Assembly: GCA_024679065.1 (NCBI GenBank)
Contig: JAGIQG010000026.1
Coordinates: 19,096,001-19,160,000, forward strand
Direction: 5' to 3'
Source: Sphyrna mokarran
Taxonomy: Eukaryota
Length of the DNA stretch: 64,000 bases
Below are positions 52,101 to 63,702 of this stretch, in pieces (the first letter of the stretch is position 1; the number at the start of each line of letters is the position of its first letter). The notes beneath the pieces are model-generated. The model ran no database searches. It was not told where the DNA came from and saw nothing but the letters and a program-made list of their open reading frames with translations. The position numbers and the translations under genes were made by a program.

Positions 52101-55100
52101 TAATCCACTCCTTTAAATGTAACTCAATGGAAATGAAGATCATCATTAACTTGATTGTTGCTTTTTCAGATCACAGGCCATTGATTTACCTGGTTTAAAG
52201 AATGAAGATGAACCAGGCCTTGGAAGAAGGCGATCAACCTCTGCTTCGGTAAAGATCTACGTTCCATGACAATTTTGTTATGCCAATGAAAATAATGGAA
52301 TTAAAGTGAATGGCACATTGCGTCTGTGACAAGACTCAAAGTTAGAGATAATGGCAGGAATTGAAGGCATTATTGGTTGCTTGGTTACGCTAGGATTTGC
52401 CCTGGCCCAGAGGTGGTGGTGGTATTACAATGTCCAAAAGAATCTGTTTTATAGTGGGATTGTCACTGGTGATCTCTCCCAGCAGCTTGGGAAATCTGCT
52501 AGAAACTATCATGACACTCATTTGTATCCTGTTAATGGAATCATAAAATCATTAGTTACGAAGGTCATTCAGCCCATCAAATCTGCACTGACTCTCAAAG
52601 AGCATCCTAGCCCATACTTCATGCATTTACCCTGCCAATCCCCTAAACTACACGCCTCGGGAATGTGGGAGAACGTGCAAATTCTACACAATCATCCAAG
52701 GTTGGAATCGAACCCATGTTCCTGGCATTGTTGACGGGTGCAGGTGAAGGTCCATCCACTCAATTCTGTGCAGTGCCACTAGTAAAACATGCAGGGAAAC
52801 ACATGGAAATATTTGCGGCGTGGAGCTGGTGCTGGAAATCCAGTGCTAGGAGACGCGCCTGGGGCTAGACACCTACGGGTTGCACTAATCCGGTGTGTGA
52901 GCACACCACAAATGGAGGCAAATGCATCACATTTATGAATAGATTGGCTTCCTGATAAACCTGCCCGTATGTGGAATGGGATTTGTATTTCTGCCCTAAG
53001 TGCCATGGAAAATCCTGATTGACAAAAGTGGGGGAAAAGGCCTTTGTTTGACCCAGATTTCTTCCTCTACCCACGCGCATTACAGTTTCTGCAACAAACT
53101 CAAGACCAGCTACTTAAAACACTCTTTTTTTATCCACAATTTACAACAGTTACTTGGTGTGCTTCTAAACAAGTAACTCTGGGGTTACTTGTTATCAGAT
53201 AAAAATGTTTGTAACAAACTTTGTATTTGTTACAAAAATTGATTTCTTTTTCTCTGTCTTTCAGATAGTCAAGTCGAATGTCACGTTTCACAAGCTGTTC
53301 AAAGACATTGATGAGAATGTGATTGACAGTAAGTTTCTGTATCTGGAATGGATCAGGGTTGAGGCTTTCCAAGGCTATTGTACATCTGCATGCCAGTGTT
53401 CTGTAATATCCATGTCCTGGCTTTATAGAAACCACTAATAATGAAACATGGGGAGCTGCCATTATACACGTATCAACTTTAGCTTGATCTCAGTCTGAAT
53501 ACTATTTTGATTGTGGCATCTATGACCTTTCACGTTCTGAATTTGTGTAACTCCTTCATCTAACTAGACCTATTTCCTAATAGGTTTCAAATGTGCCTTG
53601 CATAAGGAAGTCCCATACCACGGCAAAATGTACGTGTCTGAAAACTACATCTGTTTTTACAGCAGCATTTTGAAAGAAACAAAGGTACGTCTTTTTAAAG
53701 AAAAAACCTTAAATTTAGCACTCTGAATAAAATTTATGGCCACAATGATGGAAAACAATCATTTTGGTGATGGACGATGGTTAGATCTGATATCAATTTG
53801 TGTAAATATCACCTTAAGTCAGATGATACATAAGGCATTCAATGACGACTTCTGCGGCGAGGGGATGTTTCTACTCCATCAGCTATTAAATTAGTGACCT
53901 AGGTATTAGAATCATAGAAACCTACAGTGCAGAAAGAGGCCCTTTGGCCCATTGAGTCTGTACCGAACACAATCCCACCGAGGCCCTACTCCCATATCCC
54001 TATGTATTACCTACTAATCCCTCTAAGCTAAGGATCTTAGGACACTAAGGGGCAATTTTAGCATGGCCAATCAACCTAACCCATACATCTTTGGACTGTG
54101 GGAGGAAACCAGCGCACCTGGAGGAAACCCACACAGACACAAGGAGAATGTACAAACTCCATATAGACAGTGACCCGAGCCGGGAATCGAACCCAGGTCT
54201 CTGGAGCTGTGAAGAAGCAGTGCTAACTACTATGTTAGTGTGCCGCCCTTTGATTCCTTTGTTCCCTCTTCATTGGAATAAAGAATGCATGGTGTTGATC
54301 CCACCAGAAGGAACTCTTCATTTGTAGACAACAAAATAAAAGAAGACTTATTCCAACTTTACAGATCAAAGAAAAAGAAACTTTATTACTCTAACACTTA
54401 AGTCCTCATCCTGGGCCATTCCAAGCTCCCATAAACTCCAGCAGTTTCTTATTTATACTGGGTGGCTGACCACCACATTTTTGTCATTGGTTACATAGTT
54501 TACTGGGTCAGCTGACTCTTACAGCATGTTACCATTGGTCACGCTACAACAGATCCAATGTTATCATTGGAATCGAGATGTAATCAAGAAGAGTCGCATA
54601 GATGAAATATAGTATAAAGTAGCAGAACACAGATCATAGAATCCCTACAATGCAGAACAAGGCCATTTGCCCCATTAAGTCTGCACCAACAGCAATCCCA
54701 CCCACATCCGATCCCCACATTTACCTTGCTAGTTCCCTGACACTAAGGGTCAATTTAGTATGGTCAGTCAACTTCATCCACACATCTTTGGACTGTGGGA
54801 GGAAATCGGAACACTCAAAAGAAACCCACCCAGACATGGGGAGACTCCACACACTGACTCGAAACTGGAATTGAATCTGGATCTTTGGTGCTGTGAGGCA
54901 GCAATGCTAACCACTGTGCCACCATTTAATTAGATGTTAATTTATTGTCTTCTCTCCCTCTATATTCAGCTCGTTATTCCTGTCACAGCAGTGATTTCGA
55001 TGAAGAAGCAGAACACAGCCCTTCTAGTCCCCAACGCTCTGTCTATCAAGACCGTGGAAGGAGAGAAGGCAAGTTTTGTTTTTCCAATTCCATTAATTCA

Positions 55101-58100
55101 TACCTGAAAAAGGGAGAATTTGCAAGACATTTCCCAGCTCTCTATAGAATCCTCTCTGAAAATATTAGATTTTATTCTTTATATAGTGATCCTTTTATCA
55201 TTTCTCCTAATGCTGAAGCCTGTTGATTTTCAGAGAATCATTAAAAAAAATGAAAGCTGCAAATATTAGAAATGTTAATTTAAAGAATCATCTGAAAAGA
55301 AAGTGATGGCTAAATGTTTCAAATTCTGGTGAAAGAAATATTTACCTGTCTTTCTGTTAAGGATATAAATAAATCCATTGTGCATTTCTAATATTTGAAC
55401 ATGTATTTTTAACACAGCAGTAGCAACAGAGAATGAACTTGCTTTTCAAACCAACACTGCAGTCAGGATGTGGGACTGATCTGGTATCTGAGTGTGACTC
55501 CAAATTTTTTTTAAAATTATTATTAATTTTTGAAATGCGAGTTCCACTGGCAAGGTTGGGATTTGTTGCCATTGGAATGGTGGTGATGGTAGATCATAGA
55601 ATCCTTGCAGAAGGAGGCCATTCAGCCCATCGAGTGTGCACCGATCACACTCCTACCCAGGCCCTATCCCTATAACCTCATGCATTCTAGTTAATCCTCC
55701 TGACAACCAATCGGCAATATAGTATGGCTAGTCCAACTAACCTGCACATCTTGAGACACTAAGCGACAATTTAGTATGGCCAATCCAACTAACCCGCACA
55801 TCTTTGGGCTGACAGGAAATCCATGCAGACATGGAGAGAATGTGCAAACTCCACACAATGACTAACGCCAGGAATTGAACCTAGATCCCTAGTGCTGTGA
55901 GGCAGCTTTGCTAATTGCTGTGCCACCCTAGATCAGCTTGAACAATTGCAATCTGTGTAGTGAAGATGATTCTGCTGCGCTGTTGGGTAGTTTAGTTCAG
56001 CAGTTTACTACAGCCGGGTGGCTTTCCTGGTTTTTAAGAGTCAACCACAGCCATTTGGGACTGTAGCCACATCAGGCCTGACCAGAGCAAGTTCCTTCTT
56101 TAACGAAATAATAAAAATTAGAAGACTAATAATCATGATACCATTGTCAGGAAAAACGCACTTGGTTCACCAATGTCCTCCTTTAGGGAAGGAAATCTGT
56201 CATTTTTTACCTGTTCTGGCCTACATGTGATTCCAGAGCCACAGCAATGTGATTGAATTTTAAATGCCCTCAGGGATGGGCAACAAATGCTGGCCCAGTC
56301 AGCGATGCCCACATCTGGTGAATGAATAAAAGGAATCATTTGAACTAGATATATCCCATAGCTTCATGGTCACATTTACTGATAGGAGCTTTGATATAAG
56401 CTGAGTTCAAATTTGCAAAATGATCAATGATACACAATTGATAACCCACACTCTAGAATCAGAGGGATTATACATTGACAAAACCAGGTTTCAATCAACA
56501 TCTTGTTTACTTAGAGCATGTGATGAGAATTTGCTTTTGAGTTGCAGATTGCTTTTGTTCAAATAGTTTTATTTAAATGCCAGTAAAAATGGGCACAATT
56601 ATTATCTGCCTGGAAACTAAAATCTGTTTTGACCTTTTGCAGCATCTGTTCGGGTCATTACGGTCAAGAGAAATGACGTTTAAAATTCTGAAGAACATCT
56701 GTGCCCATCTAGAGGTAGCTTTGCAATCATTGCTGATTTGTTGTGTGGTAAATAAAATCAGTTTTGCTGCAGGAACTCGGACCTGAATTTTGTGTCTGTT
56801 GGGCATGTGTGCACTCAACAGGCGCAGAACAAGCTTCTGGCTGCTGCCGTTGGCTCCAGACACACGAATTCACACACATCTGACCAATCAGTGGGCCTGT
56901 CCAAATAAAAGCTTTTAAGCGTATTTATTAGTGTCACAAATAGGCTGACATTAACACTGCAATGAAGGTACTGTCGCCACACTCCAGTCCCTGTTCGGAT
57001 ACACCAAGGGAGAATTTAGCATAGCCAATGCACCCAACCAGCACGTCTTTCTCCACTGTGAAAGGAAACCCATGCAGACATGGGGAGGAAGTGCAGACTC
57101 CGCACAGATAGTGACCCAAGCTGGGAATCAAACCAGGGTCCCTAGTTCTATGAGGCAGCAGTGCTAACCACTGTGCCACCGTGAAAATAGCAGGCGCAGG
57201 CTGGTGTTTCTAATGTGCTCCTGGAAAGGAGGTAGCTGTTGCAGAGCTGTCTTGGAGAACTGCTGACCCGATTTTAAAATAGTATAAAAATTGCAAAGGA
57301 AGAGCTATGCAAAGATGTCGGTGATATTGTCGACAATGTGGAAGATTATCAAATCAGTAGGATCTTGATCAGCTGGAGAGTGGGCCAAGAAAGTAGTAAA
57401 TGGAGTTCAATACAGATAAATGTGAAGTGTTGCATTTTGGAAAGTCAAAGGTTAGTTTAGATAGGCTTTTTGGTTGGCACGGACCAGTTTGGGCTGAAGG
57501 GCCTATCTCTGTGCCGTAGATTTTGAGCGTCTAGGTCGTACACTCAAACACAAACTTCTAAATTTTATTTCAGATCTGACATTTTATCCCACTTCTGGAT
57601 CAAGGTTGAAGCTAAAACATAATAACCACCTGGTCAATCGGCCCATCTGCCAACTGTAAATACAGACAGCCCTGTAAAGTTGTTTCAATTTGGCCCCGTA
57701 GTGGACTAAAATATCTGCTGGATTGTCAGTGGGGCTGGGGGGATTTCTGACTCCTGCACTCGCCTGTCCACTGAAATAGTGCACGAGTATTCATTTGAGT
57801 CGGGATGTGCACCTGACTTGTTCATCTACAATTTTGGGGAATGTAAGATTCTGACCTGGCTGTGTACTCCATGCATATGTTTAACCTGTATCATTTCTGT
57901 CAGGAGATTACGAAGAGGCATAAATTATTGAATTGCTGTGGTGTTTTATAAACCTCTAATAACAAATCCTGTTTTCCAGAATGGAAGTCCAACTAACAGC
58001 CCCCGGGTTTCAGTAGTTGATGCCAGCTTTAGTACAGATTCCAAAAACTCACAGGTAAGAAACTTAACTGCAGCTACTTATTGTTTTCCATAATACCAGC

Positions 58101-61100
58101 TTTAACTGCTATTGGATACTTGGTTAGTTGCTTCAGTTTGCTATTTTACACTGTTATGTAAGATTGACTGTAGAATCCCTACAGTGCAATAAGAGGCTAT
58201 TAGGCTTATTGAGTTCCAACTTCAAAGAGCATCTTACTCAGTTCCCCATCCCCATAACCCCTGTGCATTTACTATAGCTAATCCACCCAATCTGTACATC
58301 TTTTGGAGTGTGGAAGGAAACTCACAGAGAATGTGCAAACTCCCAACAGACAGTGACCCAGAGCTGGAATTGAACCCAGGTTCATGGCACTGAGACAGCA
58401 GTGCTGATCACTGTGCCAGTGTATTGTGCCGTTAAGTTTTAGACAAAACCAGATTCCATAAAGAATTCCAAAATGAATAATAATGATTAGAGATATTCTC
58501 CCTGTGTCCAAAAGAGGTGCAGATTCGGTGGATTGGCCATGCTAAATTGTTCCTTAGCGTCAAGGAAATTAGAAGGGTAAATATGTGGAGTTATGGGAAT
58601 AGGGCCTGCATGGGATTGTTATCGGTGCAGACTCAACGGACTGAGTGGCCTCCTTCTGTACTATACTGTTGGACTATAGGATACCTTGTCAGTGCGTGGT
58701 TACCTACCTCTGTTTCTTTCAATCCCCAGGAGATGACTTTGTCCAGTTTTGAACGAAATAGCCAAGACCTGGACACTACCGATTGCTTTGACACTTCCCT
58801 AGAACCAATATCAGGTGCAGGTTAGCAACGTTCAAATGGATTTATTACAAAGGGACCAGATAACTCTCTTTATTTAACAAGTATAAAGTCTTGGCAAAGC
58901 ATTGCTTGATCCGGAGAAGTTGACAGCTGTACTCAGAGCTTCCTTGTGTGATGCAATGTTTTCATATGATTGCATTTGACCTGTGTATTATATATCTTCC
59001 TTCAGTATGGGCTAGGCCGCAGACACTTATGCAATGTTAAAACAACAAAACATGTTCATGCCTTAACTTCTTTTTCATGCTCCTTCCCCTATCAATGCTA
59101 TCCAAGTGTGCAGTTGTCATCATTTAGCCGAGCTTCCGTTCCAGACAAGTAGGAAGGAGAGCTGGAATTCATGACCATCTGACCAGAAGTCCTGTTTTTC
59201 TATTGTTTGAGCTAACCAGCTTCTACTTCAAAGAACCCTGAGCTTCACACTTCACTGCTGAGTGAAATGTAAAGGACACCTGTATGGGAACAAGAAGGAT
59301 GATTTGAACTACTTCTAAATGTGGTTTTGTTCATGTGCTTTACCTGCATTGGACATTTGATTCTAATAAATTAATTGTACCTACAATTAATACCTGGATA
59401 CAACAACACTAGGCGCTATAGTCAACTTGGGTACAAACAACACTAGGCATTGAATGCTCAAACTTCCAAGCTTTAATTGTTTACTAGCAAGGAGAACACT
59501 CATTCAATGCAATGTACTACAAGATGTTCTCCTGATTCATACTGTAGCAGTTCTAGTTCACGGTATTTTGCTCTTTAGAATTTTGTTATTAAAAGGGTCT
59601 TATTTTCATCATGTGGCCGAGGCTGTGAACAGTGTTTATGAAACAGACACAAGGTTTAGATTAGTCATTTATCCTGAATACACGAGTGCTGGCCTCACTG
59701 AAGGCCTTATTTGAAAATAAGCATTTTTTCATTTTCACCTTATTGTTATAATTTAATTTTCATGCCTTGCCTACTGGGAACCCAAATTGAAGATATAATT
59801 CCAGTCATTTCTTTTTTATTTCCATTTATTTTACCAGTGACATGACAATTGTTTCATGAAATGTAATTAGTATTCCTGGTTGGAGCACCTATTTGTTACA
59901 TGGGCTGTTAGTTTGTTTATTGGCTCAAACTTTATTGTAGGGATGCAGGAATTTACTTATGACTTTGATAATCTAAAAATTACACTATTGGATCTGTAAG
60001 TTTGCTATAAACTAGTTATAATTTGGTCTCTGTTTTAATGTTCAGCTGCTTGGGCCTTGTGCCCAAATTCTCTCCCTAACTGCACTTTGCTGTTTCCTCA
60101 TTTAAGATGCTTCTTCAAACCTACAGATTAGAAATTGGGCTTGCTTTTTGGGTGCTACACGCACTTTTACGAACTCTTAAAAAGCTGCCCATGCCCATCA
60201 TTACGCCAGTAGAGATGAGGGCATTTGTCACATGTTTTTGTAAGTGCGCAAACCAGGTGGACCCTGCCATCAATGCTGACTTGGTGCGAGCAGTGCCTCT
60301 TGTCAGCCAATGTCTTGCAGAGCTGAACATGTGTACAGAAGCAGGAAGGAGTCGCCTCCATCAGCATTTCATGTGACCATCGATCCTTCCACACTGACTG
60401 CTGCCATTCTGCCAAGTGTTTGATACTCTCTGTAGTTGTTTCGTATTGGCAGATTGTTGAAGGACTTTTGTGATCTTTATGGTTTTTGCACAAATCAGCT
60501 GTCCCCTTGGTGATGGTGGCACCAGTAGATGTTGCTCTTGACTATGGGAAAGCAGAAGTCATACAGAGCAGAACCAACTTCTATGACTAGCAGCCCATTA
60601 ATCCCTTCATATCAGTTTGCCCACTGCCTTTTGGATAGCTTCTCCTTCCATTGTGTGCTATCCTGTCCTTCAAAAGAAAGTACGAGAGTAAATATTGTGC
60701 AATTGTTGTGTCGCAGTTATGGTTGAATAGTTGGCAATGTACACAAGCTGCAAGGTATGTGTGTGAAGCTTCTATTAATGGGTGTGTGAGGGTGAAGTGA
60801 AGCAGGTGAATGTTATCTATGAATCCAGTTTAGTGATTGTTGAGAGGCGATTGGGTGTGTAGTGAGTTGAGCAATGTCCTGAAGTTAGGGGTAGAGTTGG
60901 TGGAATGTGCTATTTGAAGATGGACCCGCCCGTGACCTTTTGGTCATTGAGTTGCTTGTGACACTGCATCTATGACTTTGGTTTGACTGCAAGCATCCAC
61001 CTCCACAGTTATGGAGCTAGCTACCTTCTAAATGAGGATAATTTGGGCAATGACTGAAAATTCTTTTGAGACACTTTTCTCTGATGCTGGACCATTTTTC

Positions 61101-63702
61101 AATGTCTTCCAGGTCAGATTTGCTTCCTGCATGACTTGCAACCTGGTCCACCTATGTGAGTTGTGCAGGCCAGCCTTAAATGGTGCTAATCTCTGAGTCT
61201 ATGGGCCTCCTGCTGATGTGAATCAACAACTTGGATAATGCTGGCTGGATATAGCAATCATCCAGATCATTGGAGTGTTGGATGACTGTATCGCAGTGAA
61301 AGTTTTCATCTGTTATCTTAACAGACATTGCCTATTTGTAATATCCCGAATGAGCCCACATTTGGTTAGCACAATAGTTAGCACTGCTGCCTCACAGCGC
61401 TAGGATCCCAGGTTCAATTCCGGCCTTGTGTCATTGTCTGTGAAGTTTACAGTCTGTCTCTGTGTCTCTGTCTCTGTGTCTCTGTCTCTGTGTGTGTCTC
61501 TCTCTCTCTCTGTCTCTTTCTATTTGCATCGCCTCCTCTTACTGATATCAGATACCACCTGATATCTTCAGGTGATCTAGTGTCAAATTTTGTTTGATAA
61601 TTGCTTCTGTGAAACTCCTGGACTGTTTGACTGAGGTAAAATTACTATATGTAAAGACAATCTGTTGATGCACAAGGGTTATCATGAAGTCTTGTGCCAA
61701 TTTCTGCAGCCCATTACATCCCTCAATGAGTTTCCTGATGAGGCTCCGAGGTGTGAAGTCCTAAAGGGGAGGACCACCAATTGGCTGCAAATCAGCTTGG
61801 GCTGTGTCAGGAGAGCTCTCAATCCACCCTCTGATACCGGGCCACCTGTACCAGCAAAAAGAGAATAGCTACACTTCACTTTGTTAAGTGATTTAGTGCA
61901 TTCCAGGATCCAAATCCAGATTTGATTTGGCAGCAGGGATACAGCACAGATGAACATGAACTCCTGATTAACCGGTTCTTTAGAAACACACTAAATTTTG
62001 CATGTTATGTCTCCATGAAAGCATTGGCAAGAGTGATTTATCAATCAGCAAAACATGATTAGCTGCACCCACCCAGATTCCAACCATATTTGTAAGCATT
62101 ATAACAGTGGGCTGGCCATATTATTGGCAGGGAAGTGTCTTCAGTGTCTGTGGCAGTAGTTACTGCAAATCTCACAGCAACGCATGTGAGAATTCCTGCT
62201 CTTAGCATGTGTTCCATGACCTGACTTGCCCATCAAGTGAAATTGGATGGATAGCAACAGTTAGCTGTGCCCGTAATACAGCTGTATGAATTTTTAAAAA
62301 TACTCTCAGAATATTTGCACTATCTCCACATTGCTACTTTCCTCTGTCGCCAAGTCTCCAACCCTTTTATTGTCATTTATTACAAATTTTCTTTCCCACA
62401 CGTCAGTGTGCTCTTTACACTTGATCTGCTCTGCACCTAGATCTGGAAATAATGATGCAAATTAACTGGCGTGGGAAGAGCACATTACCATGGGCGCAGA
62501 GTTAGCGCCAGCTCTTAACCATTAGAGAGAACTCGCATCCAACTAGGGACAACCTGCCCCCTATTGTTTTGACCCGAATGAGGTCCGTGCCTGATATGTT
62601 TTAGGAATTTATCATGTATGATCCTGTGGACCTAACATTCCAAAACTGCTCACCATGTCACTATGTGGGTGGGATACTATTGGAGTTGTTGTCATTCTCA
62701 AATGATTAGAAAATATTGCAGATGCTGAGGGATAAATTCTTGTCTTCACCTATTCTCTGGATTGAAAATGGCGGATAATCTGCTCTACCAGATTACCCTG
62801 TCTCCCACCACGAAGATAAAATTACCTGTATTTTGTATCAGCTTTTCTTTCTAAATTTCATTTAATACCAGAGACTTGCAAGATAACAAACTGGGAGGAT
62901 AAGAATGAATATGCTCTTTATGCCCTCCAAAGGATGTTTGCCGAACATGTCTGTTTCAAATCAAGCCCTTTAATTTATAATTTATTGCTTGGATGATTCT
63001 TCTGATGTAAAACATTCAAGGATAAAACCTCTTATGGTAGGTCCTAGAGTTTGTGTGTGTCACACTTGTACTTTTCCACATAATGGGTGAGATTTTCTGA
63101 CCTATGTTTCCTGCCAGTGGGAGTTGGCTCGTTGTTTGGTGGTAGCAGGATTTTCCAATCCCACTGCGGTCAAGTAGGGGAGCACACTGCCAGCAGGACA
63201 GGAGAATCCCTCCAACATGAATGAATGGAGAATTCTGGCTGTTATTTTTACTTAAACTAGGTAAAGCATTGTCTCTGTGTAAAAGCTTTGACATTCTCTG
63301 GTGATCATGATAGACACCAGGATGGCACACTCCATTTGACACTTGTTCTCTGCCTCGTCACTGTACAGCTCCTTCTCTTGCGAATATGAACTTTTTTCCA
63401 TCTTGCTGTGTTCAGTCTTGAGATTCTCATTTGTAGCACACTTGAACTCTGAAGGGCCATGCTTGAAACTTTCTTTTTTTTAACCAATGCTGCCTGAGTT
63501 GCTAAGTGTTTCTTTATCTTTCAGTTACCTGGCTTCTCTAGTTTAATCACAAGATTCTTTTCTTACGTCAGCACTGCCTGACTAGTCTTTTCATTTTGTC
63601 CTCCCGCAGACGCTGCTGACGCAACTCAAAATGGGATTTCTCTTTGTAAAGAGACCAAAGAACAAGAAGGGCAATCTGACGAGGAAACTTCATGCTACGT
63701 TG
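49051..63702 (+). CDS. GRAMD2: GRAM domain-containing protein 2 family gene (GRAMD2A/2B-like), multi-exon, 3' end outside window
   Basis: Nine AG/GT(GC)-bounded exons splice in consistent phases to MAEKQKKNKKKLQ...TQLTR-SQAIDLPG...STSAS-IVKSNVTFHKLFKDIDENVIDS-FKCALHKEVPYHGKMYVSENYICFYSSILKETK-LVIPVTAVISMKKQNTALLVPNALSIKTVEGEK-HLFGSLRSREMTFKILKNICAHLE-NGSPTNSP... FHKLF, CAL.KE..Y.GK.YVSEN.ICF and KK..TALLVPNAL are GRAMD2 GRAM-domain hallmarks. The exact paralogue is uncertain. Confidence 0.92.
49880..51420 (-). mobile_element. Degenerate LINE of a second CR1-group family (with nested SINE ~50870-51030)
   Basis: IFADNCAMF (=MFADDCTMF)...QMQQGLDNVQAWADK; LSTIYKTQIRSVMEY. Related fragments at ~3340-4380(-), 28890-29710(+), 46420-46750(-), 49265-49510(-). 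Confidence 0.85.
51688..51810 (+). mobile_element. Very short young CR1 3' end inserted in a tRNA-SINE
   Basis: TATGGAAGAGAAGGGAATGGTTTAG...GGCCGAAGGGCCTGTTCTGTGCTG(TTCTATG)3; host SINE spans ~51480-51910(-). Confidence 0.9.
52170..52248 (+). CDS. GRAMD2: GRAMD2-like exon
   Basis: ctttttcag|a acceptor, TCG|GTAAAG donor, 79 nt, phase 2-0; SQAIDLPGLKNEDEPGLGRRRSTSAS. Confidence 0.82.
53265..53328 (+). CDS. GRAMD2: GRAMD2-like exon, GRAM domain start
   Basis: tctgtctttcag| acceptor, ACA|GTAAGT donor, 64 nt, phase 0-1; IVKSNVTFHKLFKDIDENVID. Confidence 0.93.
53584..53684 (+). CDS. GRAMD2: GRAMD2-like exon, GRAM core
   Basis: ttcctaatag| acceptor, AAG|GTACGT donor, 101 nt, phase 1-0; (S)FKCALHKEVPYHGKMYVSENYICFYSSILKETK. 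Confidence 0.95.
54970..55068 (+). CDS. GRAMD2: GRAMD2-like exon, GRAM core; ends in GC donor
   Basis: tatattcag| acceptor, AAG|GCAAGT donor, 99 nt, phase 0-0; LVIPVTAVISMKKQNTALLVPNALSIKTVEGEK. Confidence 0.93.
56643..56714 (+). CDS. GRAMD2: GRAMD2-like exon, GRAM C-terminal helix
   Basis: ccttttgcag| acceptor, GAG|GTAGCT donor, 72 nt; HLFGSLRSREMTFKILKNICAHLE (cf. family motif F.SL.SR..TYK.L..VC.HLE). Confidence 0.93.
57980..58054 (+). CDS. GRAMD2: GRAMD2-like exon
   Basis: gttttccag| acceptor, CAG|GTAAGA donor, 75 nt, phase 0-0; NGSPTNSPRVSVVDASFSTDSKNSQ. Confidence 0.88.
58730..58820 (+). CDS. GRAMD2: GRAMD2-like exon (alternative donor at 58814)
   Basis: tttcaatccccag| acceptor; EMTLSSFERNSQDLDTTDCFDTSLEPISGA; two phase-1 donors, CAG|GTGCAG and CAG|GTTAGC. 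Confidence 0.78.
60930..61010 (-). pseudogene. Decayed Myb/SANT-like DNA-binding ORF fragment, probably Harbinger-derived
   Basis: Minus strand VEVDACSQT / KS*MQCHKQLND resembles the V.A.S...RTW.QCRKKFNDL motif, with a frameshift and a stop. Confidence 0.45.
61453..61520. repeat. Compound TC/TG microsatellite following a SINE head
   Basis: (TCTCTGTG)n/(TC)n run visible directly. Confidence 0.9.
63610..63702 (+). CDS. GRAMD2: GRAMD2-like exon
   Basis: ttttgtcctcccgcag| acceptor, TTG|GTAAGG donor, 93 nt, phase 1-1; (D)AADATQNGISLCKETKEQEGQSDEETSCYV; phase fits the preceding exon. Confidence 0.75.

Noticed and set aside
54945-55226. 93-aa ORF over the GRAM exon
   Set aside because: It is an alternative frame; the homologous frame is LVIPVTAV... 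in 54970-55068.
63305-63487. Minus ORF containing SSSVLQMRISRLN, reminiscent of the GRAMD2 C-terminal SSSYLAFRISRLE
   Set aside because: Wrong strand relative to the gene, no preceding transmembrane segment and no convincing splice sites; treated as coincidence.
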